A DNA stretch of 63,999 nucleotides, filler included, from Chiloscyllium plagiosum (taxonomy: Eukaryota): NCBI RefSeq assembly GCF_004010195.1. It is 5 parts of one record of this genome, joined end to end, with 100 filler letters (N's around TTAATTAATTAA, not from the genome) between each part and the next. Parts side by side here need not be neighbours in the genome. Positions count along the whole stretch, not along the records: positions 1 to 10,421 come from NC_057711.1; positions 10,522 to 35,692 come from NC_057711.1; 3 more parts are not named here. One strand, written 5' to 3'. Of this stretch, positions 1-11,753 are shown in pieces (positions within the stretch are counted from its first letter, which is position 1; every line of letters begins with the position of its first letter). The notes beneath the pieces were generated by a model. That model was not told the origin of the DNA. It saw nothing but the letters and a program-made list of their open reading frames with translations, and ran no database searches. A program made the position numbers and the translations under genes.

Positions 1-1170
1 CAAGAGGGTATTTTTACCCTTAGTATCCACACTGACTCTACATCCCCTGATTCTAGGTCCCCCCGCGCAAGGGACTGAATATCCTCCCTTAACAAGGCCA
101 CCCCATCCCCTCTGCCCGTCAGTCTGTCCTTACGATAGCACGTGTATCCTTGAATATTCATTTCCCAGGCCTTGTCCACTTGAAGCCACTTCTCAGTTAT
201 CCCCACAATATCGTATCTGCCAATTTCCAAAAGAGCCTCAAGCTCATCCATCTTATGTCTAATGCTTCGTGCATTCATGTATAGTATTTTTAATTTGTTA
301 CTGCTCTCACCCTTCCCATCAACCCTTATTTCACTCATCCTTACAGCATGATGCCTTTCCGAGTTTTCTGCCTCATTGATACAGTTGTCTTTCTTGACTT
401 CTCTTGTTCTGACTTTCCCTTCAATTTCCTTTTTAAACATCCAGTTTGTCCCCTCCCCCCCGCTACTTAGTTTAAATGTAGCGGTGTTGCAGTAGAAAAC
501 CTGCCTGCCAGAATGCTGGTCCCTAACCTATTAAGGTGCAAGCCGTCTCTCTTGTAGAATTTATGCTTACCACAAAATATACCCCAGTGATCCAAGAACT
601 TAACTCCTTGCTTCCTGCACCAGCTCCCCATCCACACGTTCAAGTCCATTATCTCCCTGTTTCTGGCCACACTAGCCCGAGGAACTGGAAGCAAACCGGA
701 GATAACCACCTTTTCAGCCTTCTTCCTAGTTCTCCGAAGTCTCGCTGTAGTATGTCCCTCCTCTTCTTCCCGACATCATTTGTGCCGACATGTACCACCA
801 CCTCTTGCTCTTCACCCTCATCCTTGAGGATTTCCTGCACTCTGTCCGCGATGTCTTTCACTCTAGCACCAGGAAGGCAACACACCATCCTTAAATCCCG
901 TCTGCTGCCACAAAAACCCCGGTCAGGTCCTCTCACGATGGAGTCCCCTATTACCACGGCTCTGTATGATGTCCGCCTCTTCCGCTCTGCCTCTGCGGCA
1001 ACGTTTGATTGACAAACTTGGCCACCTTGTGAACTGGCAGTGTCAGCAGTCTCTGCTTCCAAAAGCTTCAACTTGTTCCCGACAGGTACTTCTCCCGGGG
1101 TCTCTTGCACCTGTCTCCTCTCCACCTTCCTCATAGTCTGCTCTCTTCTGGCATGATTGGTGTAATAACA
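1..1170 (-). mobile_element. CR1-clade LINE, 5' part: ORF1 (SGNH esterase, frameshifted) and start of ORF2 (APE endonuclease), running off the window start
   Basis: ORFs 649-1326 and 467-709 give VVIGDSIVRG...CLPGARV...VHVGTND...DGLHLN (SGNH blocks). Minus strand 1-290 reads YMNARSIRHKMDELEALL...DIVGITE...YRKDR (CR1 endonuclease start). Confidence 0.92.
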
Positions 1171-2684
1171 TTTGCTACTAGCAACTCTCCCAGAAAGTAA
1201 AATCCAGCAGATCAAGCAATGGTTGCTAGAGATCAGTGCAGATCTGTATGTTATCAACTTCAAGGGAACAGTGGAAAGACAAGAGGAGGAACAGGGTCTT
1301 GGAATCACCATCAGGTCTTCGCCCATCTTAGGTCAGCAGGGGGATGTACATCCTTGCCTTGTGAAGGAGAAGGAACAGCTGAGCTTTGCTTCTGTGGCTT
1401 CTCATAGGGTACTCCTGCTGTGGACAGAGATTTCACCAGTAACACCAACATCTCAGTACGATGTATTCTGCCATGCCTCAAGAAATCAGGGTTGGCCACC
1501 AAGGGACTCCTAGGCATGAAGGTCAGCAGCCTGCCTCCATCTCAACTGGAAGTAATGAGGAATCAGCACAAAGAATCAAGGAAAAAAAGTGAATGAATAG
1601 TTAAGGTGTTACTGCTCATGTCTGATTATGTACATAATAAAGATATTAATTGTTTCTTAAAGGTCCATCTATTTGTGCAGGTCACTTGGAAATACAGGAT
1701 TAACATAACCCAAAGCACAGAAAAAGCTGGCAAAATAGCCTGTTTTGATGTTATGTTGTAACAATTCAATGATTCAATGACCCAGAGGCTGTCTGAAAGG
1801 GAAACTGGTACATGTGGTCATTCTTTTCAAATATCCAGAAAACCCAAATGGCACTGGAAAGTTGAATGTGGGCCTTTAGTTGCTTGCACAGCTACATAAG
1901 AAAGAATCATCTGTATGAGGTGCATACACATAACCCCCACGCCTCCCTTCTGTCTATGCTGTTGCCACCTCAACATTGTCCTCATGTATTTTGCAATGCT
2001 GCAGCTGGTTATCATTATCCTTTCTGCCACAGTATGATCCACACTGGATCTTAATGCCACATTGCACATTGACTTCCATTGTATTGTGAAGCTGCCAAGC
2101 AAATCAATAACAGAGGGAACAAATACTTATTAAAACTCGCCACCCATTTCCACAGTCTCTGCAGATCACATTGAACACCCATGAAAATACACACTCTGAA
2201 TTAATTACTGTGTTCTTAGCAGTCACAGTTCAAACTTGATCATAAATAAATCTTTGGGTCAGATTTCTTAAATTACAACACTGATATCTACCACTGGTTT
2301 TCTATTACACATGAAATGAAAAGGATTCACAGATGGGGACTGCCAAAAACAAACATCAGATCAAGATCTGACACAGTCACGACATTTATCAAGATCAAGG
2401 ACTTCTGGCCTAGAGATGAAGCCCAGCACGGACTGGCTGCTCTGTCTGATTTTTTTTCCCCTCTTTCTCTGCTTTAGTAAAAGTGTAATGCTGAACCTTT
2501 TACTTTTATTTCTTTATTTTTCTAATTTATACCTATGTTTTTATACCTCGGCAACTTTGTAACTAAGATGGCAACTTTGTAAACTTTTCACAGTACTCAG
2601 TTACCCCTGTACTTGAATATATGCGACAATAAAACCTAACTCTACTTCTAATTCTAATTATGCAGATTATAGCATTTCTTATTA

Positions 2685-2901
2685 CAGATTGATCTAGTAT
2701 AACGCTCATGAATTGGCTACAACGCTCTTGGTGAATTGTGGACGCTGTTTAGATAATGTGAAGTTTTTACCGAACCGGTATGGGGATTTTCTATAGCAAT
2801 CTTCCACAGCCCAATTTTCAATAGCAGTTTTCCATACCCCAATTTTCTATAAAACGAGCTTGCAGAGGAACGCAACCATCATGTGATACCAGAATGACCT
2901 G
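2685..2901. mobile_element. Tc1/mariner (Tigger/pogo-type) MITE
   Basis: TA|CAGATTGATCTAGTATAAC ... GTGATACCAGAATGACCTG|TA: degenerate ~19-bp terminal inverted repeats with TA flanks; ends resemble the element at 14246-14794. Confidence 0.55.
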
Positions 2902-3904
2902 TACAGCCAATATTTGATCATACATGGCTAAAGTCAGCACATAATAGCTGTGAAATTATACAAAATACTAACAAAAGGTGAGAAACGTGTCTGAAATTCC
3001 GCTGTTCATGTCAATGATGCCATTAACCTACTTATTGTAAATAAAAATCATCAACTCAAGAACTACCCTGATTAGAAGCCTATACAATGTAAAAACAAAA
3101 TCACAGGCCTTTAAGTATACTTAATGGCCTGAGAAACCTAGGCCCTTCAGGTAGAAGCACAATAGATTGATCACATCCAAGAATCCAAGTATAGATTCTC
3201 GAGATTTCAAACAAGCTCAATAAAACAAAGTGAGCGGAGGGCTGGAGGACAAGAGAACCAACACATCCAGATCAGTCATTCCCATGTGCCACAATCAAAA
3301 TTAGCGGAACGTTTACTGAGACATGAGCTATTTCCAAAGACTTCCCGAGAGAGTTGCAGGCTGGGAGCTGAAAAGGCATCCATATCCTCCATATCACAAT
3401 GAAGGCAAACCTGAGATACAATTCAAGTGGCAGAGACTGGATAATTTAATTTGAAATAAGCTAGCTGAACATGCACAGATATATTCATGGAGTCAGTACC
3501 ACCATTGCAATGACAATCTATGAGTTTCAACCCCAATATGCCTTCATTTGTAATGGCACAAAAACAAAGAAACATGAAGACTCTGCAGTTGTATTAAGAA
3601 ACTGTAGCTACAATATTTATTTTCTAGGGGATCTGGAGATGCGCAACACAAACAATTGATATGATTTGGCACATCTGGCAATATTTTGCCATATTTACTG
3701 GGCACAGACTTTGCATTTTTATATCTTAAGAAAGGACAACTGCTGAATTCTGATGAGTTTTTATTTTGACTTTGAGAATAAATTATTCTCATCTTGAACA
3801 GCAATGAATTTGTCCCTAGAAATATAAATTTAGTTTCCAAGTTTAAATTATTCTTTCCTTTAAAAAATAATCAATGTCAAATATTGCATTTAACACCCAT
3901 TGTA

Positions 3905-4830
3905 ACAATGGAATCATTCTGTCAGACATGGTGATGTTGGTATGAGAGGTCATCAAATCATCAGTGTTATAAAGCAGTACCTGATCAGCGATAACCTGCT
4001 CAGTGATGCACAGTTTGAGTTCTGCCAGACCACTCTGCTCCTGACCCCTTGTGCCTTGATTCAAACATGGATAAGGCAGCTGAGTTGAAAGTGACTGCCC
4101 TTGACATTAAAACCACATTTTACTGTGTTTGGCATCAAGGAGCTTGGTAAAACTGGAGATAATGGAAATGGGTAAGCAGGGCGACTGTCTGTTAGTTAGA
4201 GTCATAACAAGCACAAAGAAAGATAGCTATGGTTACTGAAGGTCAGTTATCTCAGCTCCAGGACATCTCTACAGGATTCCCTCAGGCAACTGTCCTCGGC
4301 CCAGCCATCTCCAACTGCTTCATCACTAAATATACTTCCTTCATAACGTAAGAACTTTGGATAGTCACTGACAACTGTACAAATTTAAACATGTGTAATT
4401 CCTCAGATACTGAAACAATCCATATCCAAATGCAGCAAGAGCTGGACAATATCCAGGTTTGTACTGACAAGTGCCAGTCAATGACCACTTCCAACAAGAG
4501 ATAATTTTACTATTAAGCCTTTATTTTCAATGGCATCACCATCACTGAATCCCTCATTATAAACACGTTTGGGGTTGCCATTGACCAGAAACTGAACTGA
4601 ACTCACCATACAAATAATGGTGACAAGAGTAGTTCAGAGGCTAGGGGTCATACTGTAATTAACTCACTTCCTCACTCCACAAAGTCTGTCCACAAGCCCA
4701 AATTAGGAGTATGATAGGATACTTCCCACTTGCCTAGATGGCTGCAGCTCCAATACTCAAAAAGCCTTATACCATCCAGGACAAAGCAGATAACTTGATC
4801 AGCACCACATCCATAAATATTCATTCTTAT
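3905..4830 (+). mobile_element. Degraded CR1/L2-group LINE ORF2 (RT), left part of an element split by the 4831-6266 insertion
   Basis: Aligns by eye to the better-preserved copy at 60760-62130 (VTALDIK, QQ.LDNIQ motifs); breaks off at 'agcaccacatccataaatattcattc' and resumes at ~6267. Confidence 0.8.
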
Positions 4831-5100
4831 GTTATTACCAAACAAGTCAGACTGAAATATGGTTTGAAAAATCATATTTTGCTTTGTTTTTATTTAATCA
4901 GGTTATCTTCCACCAAACCACAAGCACGCAATACTGTAGATTCGGTTTCAACAATAAAACAGAAGTTCATTACAGAAAAAAATGAATATGAAAGAGAACA
5001 CCAAGGTATTTGCAAACAACATCATTTGAAAGGTTTCAAAACACAAAATACAATCCCACCTTTACCAACACCATCACTTTCCAGTACTCAAACATTAGAG

Positions 5101-5395
5101 TGTAGTGATTCAACAAGATCAGCCATATGGACCTCATGGAAAATGAGTTCCCTGATTGAACCAGATTAATAGCCTCAATCAGAGAGCCCTGGCTGACAGA
5201 CAAGAACAGGAGTGTCAGACATCCTGTTCACTGACAGCTGGATGTGGGTGGATTATACTTTGGAGGATCGTTATGGACTTATTGGGCTGAATGGCCTGTT
5301 TCCACACTGTGGGGATTCCATGTTTCTATGGACATTCCATGTGTAAATTAAAGGTGTCTTGGTGACAGGATACCAGCCTCTGTGGAGTTAATTCA
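5101..5395 (+). mobile_element. Short solo-LTR-like repeat (TGTAGT...TTCA) containing an HE1 3' fragment at ~5240-5325
   Basis: Shares 'tgtagt...ggacctcat.gaa...agttccct...aatcag.gag.cctggctga.aga' with 55161-55360. Confidence 0.55.
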
Positions 5396-5571
5396 TAGAG
5401 ACAGTTTGTGCATCTGTCATATCTACAAGTTTAACTTAACTGTTCCTTTCCCATACCAGTGGCAGGTCCATTGTCTCTTTCTTGATTAGTCACACAACGA
5501 ACCATAGACTTTCAATCTCCTGAGTAAACTCTTCATTTCTAACCAAACATTTCTGATCTGTAGCTTTTCGA

Positions 5572-5880
5572 TAGGTTAGATTACTTAGTGTGGAAACAGG
5601 CCCTTCGGCCGAACAAGTCCACACCGACCCGCCGAAGCGCAACCCACCCAGACCCATTCCCCTACATTTACCCCTTCACCTAACACTACGGGCAATTTAG
5701 CATGGCCAATTCACCTAACCAGCACATTTTTGGACTGTGGGAGGAAACCGGAGCACCCGGAGAAAACCCACACAGACACGGGGAGAATGTGCAAACTCCA
5801 CACATATAGTCGCCTGAGGCGGGAATTGAACCCGGTTCTCTGGTGCTGTGAGGCAGCATTGCTAACCACTGTGCCACCGT
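5572..5880 (-). mobile_element. HE1-type tRNA-derived SINE
   Basis: Minus strand starts ACGGTGGCACAGTGGTTAGCAATGCTGCCTCACAGCACCAG (A box) with GGTTCAATTCC (B box); CR1-like 3' tail. Confidence 0.92.
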
Positions 5881-6266
5881 TTTAAGCTTCCTTACTCTGA
5901 GGTAACCCATTTCCCAATAGTTGCAAACTATTTCCCTTTCTCACACATCTGACGTTTACTAATGTCTCTGAATTGAAAAACAGAGGTTTCCCAAACTATG
6001 GGCTAGTCCCCTAAGCAAAACAAAAAACTGATCCTTCAAAATAGTAAATGCTCAATAACTACTCTGTCTACATTCAAAACACACTCAATGTGAACAAGTC
6101 TCATTATCAAGACAGCAACCCTCTCTCATACTAGTTTAAAAAAAACACGACTCTAAAAATATTGACAAGATAATCAGAGAGACATACCAAAAACCATATG
6201 CCACTACTTCCAAATCTAAACTCTAAAAAATTGTATTCATACATAAAAATCAAACATCTTCTATCA

Positions 6267-6570
6267 TACCTCCATCATCACTGTTCAGCAGCAGCAATGT
6301 GTACCATCTACGAGATGGACTACAGTAATATAGGGTAATTTAGACAGCACCCTCTAAACTCTGGACCACTTCTATCTGAAAGGACAAGGGCAGCAGGTAT
6401 TTAGGATCATCACCAATTGGAAGTTCACCTGCAAGCCATACACTATTCTGACTAGAAAATATTACATTCCTTCAATGTCATAGGATCAAAATCTCCGAAC
6501 TTCCTCCCTAATGGAATTGTCGGTCTTGCTACACCAAGTAGATTAAAGAAGTTCAAAGCAACTTGAGAAG
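6267..6570 (+). mobile_element. Right part (3' region) of the split CR1/L2-group LINE
   Basis: Collinear with 61735-62030 of the sister copy. Confidence 0.75.
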
Positions 6571-6659
6571 GCGGTGGGAATGATTCAATTGAAAAGCAAT
6601 CTGGAAGTATGAAGTACAACCCACAAACAAGGTAAAAAATTGAACAGCAAGTTACTGTC

Positions 6660-7105
6660 CTCCAAGAATTAGATTATGACAAAGCATCATGTAAATTAAG
6701 CATGGAGTCTCTGAAATGTAGAAGGTTATGAGGAGATTTGCTTGAAGTGTTTAGAATTTTGAAAGTAATTGATAAGGAAAAGATAAAAAGAGACATGTGT
6801 GATCTGGTGGAGGTGTCAAGGACAAGGTAAGAAAACATTAAAATAAGCAGATCATTCGGAAGAGAATTTGGGAAGAACTTCTTCAGACAAAACATCGGAC
6901 AAGTGTGAAAAACTAATCAGTAAAAACAGTAATCCCTAGCTCTAAAAATAATTTTAAATGTGTGGTCTTTCTTCCCCCCATGTGGGTCTGGAAGGATATG
7001 AAACACAAGTGGATAAATAGAGTCAAGATGCAGATCAGCCAGAATGTCAATGAATGACAGAACACATTGAAGAACTAAATGGCCTACCCTCCTCTTTCTA
7101 TGTAG
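6660..7105 (+). mobile_element. Old CR1 LINE 3' fragment
   Basis: Degenerate 'RL.GDL.EVF.I.K...RTR...LK' segment followed by a CR1-type tail. Confidence 0.6.
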
Positions 7106-7694
7106 TCAAGAACATGCCCTCCGATGAAGTTCACTGAATTAGACATGTGATGAATGGTAGCATGCTCAATTGGATATGTTTTCAATCTGACTATTCAACT
7201 GGAATACTTTTGATCAATTTAATTCTTCACAACTTATTAAAAACTTTAAAAATTACCAGTAATTTTCTGAACTTCCGTTGCTCTGGTTTCCAGTTTTGCT
7301 TATCCTACTCCACTTCATTTTTCTTCAGGTCAGCATTTTGGCCATCCAATACTATGCTGGCTTAATGCCAACACATTGCAAAAGAGTGCTCATTTGGCAA
7401 CAGCTCTTTTGCCTGCTGTATGGCAATGGGGCTCAGCGTGAAAAAATGGACTGAACTTACTCACATCAGGAGCAGGCAGCTAACTGGCCATTTCCATCAG
7501 CTGCCAGATGGAAAAAACGGTGTAGATTATTATTATTAACAATATAATCAAAATCTAGTCGATGCCTCAAAATGATGAGGACTACTAATCTTCAGAGCAG
7601 TGTTTACCAGCAACAATACTAATTATCAGAAGCTCATCGCACTATTGGCAGATTAACAGTCAACTCAAATGGAGAAAAAGAATAAGGTAAGTAC

Positions 7695-7853
7695 CAGAGA
7701 CATCAAATTTTGCTTGCTGCAACATGTCAAAAATCTCTTGTTGTGCAGGAAGATCCGGAAACCTGTGTTCCAGAGCAGCTAAAATTTCTTCATCCTTCAA
7801 AGTTACTTTTCCAGCTTCAGAGGTCATATTCATGCAGTCTAAGATGATTGCAC
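7695..7853 (-). CDS. Internal coding exon (159 nt, phase 1/1) of a PRUNE-family exopolyphosphatase gene; PRUNE2 suggested by context, PRUNE1-like in sequence
   Basis: ttgatag|GTGCAATC acceptor and TCTCTG|gtactt donor. Translation GAIILDCMNMTSEAGKVTLKDEEILAALEHRFPDLPAQQEIFDMLQQAKFDVS(G) matches recalled human PRUNE1 GTIILDCVNM...FPDLP...IFDSLQKAKFDVSG. Paralogue identity is unresolved. Confidence 0.88.
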
Positions 7854-8332
7854 CTATCAATCAAATATTTTTACAAAAGAATTAGATATCTCATTGCTTA
7901 GAATTTAGTGCAACAGTATCAACTGCAAAATGCCATTCAACAAGACAGAAACTGAGTAACAACAAGTAAGCTGTAGAAACAAAAAGATGTTAATATGTAA
8001 AGATTAGTTGATTACAACAGTCACTCCACTGCAACATTATTTATAATCACCAGTAATAAAATCCTGACACAAAATAGTCTGTCACAACAGACAAAAGACA
8101 ATAGTCTCACTGCACATATGAAATTATGCATATCAGTGCTGCATTTAATCTCAAATTTGGCAACTCTCATTGGTAAGGGGTTATTTTGTTCAGAGTACAG
8201 CTTCACTTCTTTATTGAATTAACTAAGAGCTTAATCTGCATTTATTAGATCTTTGTTATTTTGTTTCTTCCAAATTTGTTTGCAGGTGTTAGAGAGTGAC
8301 TGCCCTTGACATCAAGGCCACATTTAATCTAG

Positions 8333-8535
8333 ATTCGGAGGTGCCGGTGTTGGTCTGGGGTGTACAAAGTTAAAAATCACACAACACCAGGTTATAGTCC
8401 AACAGGTTTAATTGGAAGCACACTAGCTTTCGGAGCGACGCTCCTTCAATCACCTGATGAAGGAGCGTCGCTCCGAAAGCTAGTGTGCTTCCAATTAAAC
8501 CTGTTGGACTATAACCTGGTGTTGTGTGATTTTTA
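8333..8535. mobile_element. Short palindromic Penelope-like-element-derived insert with a 13-bp target-site duplication
   Basis: Perfect 80-bp inverted repeat 8369-8448 / 8458-8537 with a 9-nt loop; ACATTTAATCTAG repeated at 8320-8332 and 8536-8548. Confidence 0.8.
8451..8485 (+). ncRNA. Minimal type I hammerhead-ribozyme motif (Penelope type)
   Basis: CAC-CTGATGA-A-GGAGC-GTC-GCTCC-GAAA-GC-TA-GTG: conserved CUGANGA/GAAA core, 5-bp stem II, palindromic AGCU stem III, CAC/GUG stem I. Activity is not shown. Confidence 0.6.
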
Positions 8536-8759
8536 ACATTTAATCTAGCATGACATCAAAGAGACTGAGCAAAATTATAGTCAATGGGAAATAAGGAAAA
8601 ATCTCCACTGGCTGAACTAATACCTGCAACAAAAGAAAATGACTGTGGTTGAGTCAGATGGTAGATGATGGTCTGATTTGAGGAGTCAGGCACAGACATT
8701 CACTGCACATTTCCAAGCCTCTGATCTGCTCTTATTGTTAAACTAATTATGCAGTTGTC

Positions 8760-8980
8760 AAAAAGTGTGGCGCTGGAAAAGCACAGCAGGTCAGGCAGCA
8801 TCCGGGGAGCAACACAGTCAACATTTCAGGCACAAGCCCTAGCGGGGGGTGGGCTGAGAGATAAATAGGAGGGTGGGGATTGGGGTGGAAGGTAACTGGG
8901 AAGGCAATAGGCAGATGTAGGTGGGGTGTGATAGTAATAGGTTGAAGAGGAGGGTGGAGAGGATATGTGGGAAGGAAGAT
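8760..8980 (-). mobile_element. Penelope-like element terminal-repeat fragment
   Basis: 'gctggaaaagcacagcaggtcaggcagcatcc' followed by a G-rich tract, as at the termini at 35320 and 56060 that are attached to PLE coding sequence. Confidence 0.75.
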
Positions 8981-10421
8981 AGAACATAGAACATAGAACA
9001 ATACAGCACAGAACAGGCCCTTCGGCCCACGATGTTGTGCCGAACATTTGTCCTAGCTTAAGCACCCATCCATGTACCTATCCAATTGCCGCTTAAAGGT
9101 TGCCAATGATTCTGACTCTGCCACTCCCACAGGCAGTACATTCCATGCCCCCAGCACTCTCTGGGTAAAGAACCTACCCCTGACATCCCCCCTATACCTT
9201 CCACCCTTCACCTTAAATTTATGTCCCCTTGTAACACTCTGTTGTACCCAGGGAAAAAGTTTCTGACTGTCTACTCTATCTATTCCTCTGATCACTTATA
9301 AACCCTCGACTCTCAACCTATCCTCGTATGACCTATTCTCCATTCCAGGCAACATTCTGGTAAATCTCCTCTGCGCCCTCTCTAAAGCTTCCACATCTTG
9401 CCTAAAGTAAGGCGATCAGAACTGCACACAGTACTCCAAATGTGGCCAAACCAAGGTCCTGTACTGCTGCAACATCACTTCACGACTCTTGAATTCAATC
9501 CCTCTGCTAATGAACGCTAATACACCATAGGCCTTCTTACAAGCTCTGTCCACCTGAGTGGCAACTTTCAAAGATCTATGAACATAGACCCCAAGATCCC
9601 TCTGCTCCGCCACCTTACTAAGAAGCCTACCGTTAACCCTGTATTCCGCATTCTTATTTGTCCTTCCAAAATGGACAACCTCACACTTGACAGGGTTGAA
9701 CTCCATCTGCCACTCCTCAGCCCAGCTCTGCATCATATCTAAGTCCCTTTGCAGCCGACAACAGCCCTCCTCACTATCCACAACTCCACCAATGTTCGTA
9801 TGATCTGCAAATTTACTGACCCACCCTTCGACTCCCTCTTCCATGTCATTAATAAAAATTACAAACAGCAGAGGACCCAGAATTTATCCCTGCGGAACTC
9901 CACTTGTAACTGGGCTCCAGGCTGAATATTTACTATCTACCACCACTCTCTGACTTTGACCGGTTCGCCAGTTTTCTATCAACTGGCCAAATTTCCCTCT
10001 ATCCCATGCCTCCTGACTTTCAGCATAAGCCTACCATGGGGAACCTTATCAAATGCCTTACTAAAATCCATGTACACTACATCCACTGCTCTACCCTCAT
10101 CCACATGCTTGGTCACCTCCTCAAAGAATTCAATAAGACTTGTAAGGCAAGACCTACCCTCACAAATCCGTGCTGGCTGTCCCTAATCAAGCAGTGTCTT
10201 TCCAGATACTCATAAATCCTATCCCTCAGTACCCTTTCCATTACTTTGCCTACCACAGAAGTAAGACTAACAGGCCTGTAATTCCCGGGGTTATCCCTAT
10301 TCCCTTTTTTAAACAGGGGCACAACATTCGCTACTCTCCAGTCCCCTGGTACCACCCCCATTGACAATGAAGACAAAAAGATCATTGCCAACGGCTCTGC
10401 AATTTCCTCTCTTGTTTCCCA
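8981..10421 (-). mobile_element. CR1 LINE ORF2 (RT) and 3' end, truncated by the linker
   Basis: WRVANVVPLFKKG...GNYRPVSLTSVVGK, SKFADHT (FADD), LEYCVQF motifs; (AGAACAT)n tail at 8981-9000. Confidence 0.95.
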
Positions 10422-10521
10422 NNNNNNNNNNNNNNNNNNNNNNNNNNNNNNNNNNNNNNNNNNNNTTAATTAATTAANNNNNNNNNNNNNNNNNNNNNNN
10501 NNNNNNNNNNNNNNNNNNNNN
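10422..10521. other. Artificial gap/contig linker
   Basis: 44 N + TTAATTAATTAA (stops in all six frames) + 44 N. Confidence 0.97.
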
Positions 10522-10998
10522 CAGAAAAGATTTACAAAGATGTTGCCAGGGTTGGAGGATTTGAGCTACAGGGAGAGGCTGAACAGGCTGGGACTGTTTT
10601 CCCTGGAGCACCGGAGGCTGAGGGGTGACCTTATAGAGATTTACAAAATTATGAAGGGCATGGCTAGGATAAATAGACAAAGTCTTTTCCCTGGGCTGGG
10701 GGAGTCCAGAACTAGAGGGCAGAGGTTTAGGGTGAGAGGGAAAAAATATAAAAGAGACCTAAGGCGCAACTTTTTCACGCAGACGGTGGTACGTGTATGG
10801 AAAGAGCTTCCAGAGCATGTGGTGGAGGCTGGTGCAATTGCAACATTTAAGAGGCATTTGGATGGGTATATGAATAGGAAGGGTCTGGAGGGATATGGGC
10901 CAGGTGCTGGCAGGCAGGACTAGATTGGGTTGGGATATCTGGTCGGCATGGACAGGTTGGACTGAAAGGTCTGTTTCATGCTGTACATCTCTATGACT
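10522..10998 (+). mobile_element. CR1 (HER1-type) LINE 3' end
   Basis: MLPGLEDLSYRERLNRLGLFSLEHRRLRGDLIE...FFTQ; tail ...ctctatgact. Confidence 0.93.
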
Positions 10999-11482
10999 TG
11001 GAGCAAACCTGCAGGTAGCAGTCTTCCCTGCATCTGCTAGATGGTAAAGATAATGGGTTTGGAAAGAACTTTTGGAGGAGCCTTGGTGAGGGACTGCAAT
11101 ACATCTTATATAGATGGGGCAAAATACTGCCACTGTATGGTGGTTACAAAAGGAGTGAAGATTGAAGTGATGGATAGGGTGCCAATCAAACAGTCTGTTT
11201 TTGCCTGGATGTTGTCAAGTTTTTTCAGTGTTGTTGGAGCTGCAAACATTAGGCAAATGGATAGCATTCCTTCACATACCTGACTTGTGCTTTGTAGATG
11301 GTGGACAGACATTATGGAGTCAGGATGTGAGGTCCTTGCTGCAGAACCTGAACCTCTGAACTGCTCTTGTTGGCACAGGATTTATTTAGTTAGTCCTGTT
11401 CAGTTTCTGGTCAATGGCAACTCCCCAGGCTCTGGGGATTCAGCGACGGTAATAATAATTGAATGGAAAGGGAGATGGTTTG
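10999..11482 (-). mobile_element. CR1/L2-group LINE 3' fragment
   Basis: AAPTTLKKLDNIQAK..CLIG; same family as 61640-61870 in the opposite orientation. Confidence 0.75.
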
Positions 11483-11616
11483 TGTTGGTACAATAGCTTT
11501 AAGAGGTATATTTTGACTTTTTTTTTTAAGAAGGGAAGTTGAGATAGAGATAGAATTGTCTGCTCCAAGCCAATAAAGTAAACAGCTTGTGAGACCTTGG
11601 AGTTTTTTTTTAAGTT

Positions 11617-11753
11617 GTATGACTAGGAAGGGTTTGGAGGGATTTGGGCCAGATGCTGACAGGTGGGACTAGATTGGGTTGGGATATCTAGTCAGCATGG
11701 ACGGGTTGTACCGAAGGGTCTGTTTCCATGCTGTACATCTATCTCTATGAGTC
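11617..11753 (+). mobile_element. Short CR1 3'-end insertion inside the Gypsy LTR
   Basis: Matches 10868-10998; flanked by AAGTTG direct repeats. Confidence 0.8.

Larger units (their letters stand above)
4831..6266. mobile_element. Probable solo LTR (begins TGTTATT) inserted in the LINE, carrying further nested inserts
   Basis: Interrupts a collinear LINE, starts with TG, and its start resembles the LTR end at ~42808; no coding capacity. Confidence 0.5.
8285..8650 (+). mobile_element. CR1/L2-group LINE RT fragment, interrupted by the palindromic element at 8333-8535
   Basis: 'agagtgactgcccttgacatcaaggccacattt' (RVTALDIKATF) continues after 8548; same family as 60970-61130. Confidence 0.7.

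Noticed and set aside
1827..2102. Second Harbinger transposase C-terminal fragment
   Set aside because: Only a vague resemblance (ERIMITSCSI); no diagnostic motif could be confirmed.
3270..3411. Possible next PRUNE exon on the minus strand (tctcag|GTTTGCC...)
   Set aside because: Translations show no similarity to the expected LT.EQ.L.KD.K sequence, and I found no convincing donor before a stop.
5572..5880. tRNA genes at the many GGTGGCTCAGTGGTTAGCAC motifs
   Set aside because: They continue into SINE bodies and tails and lack a complete cloverleaf; they are SINE heads.
10466..10477. TTAATTAATTAA inside N runs, four times, as a biological motif
   Set aside because: Identical centred placement in 100-nt N blocks and stops in all six frames show it is a synthetic spacer.
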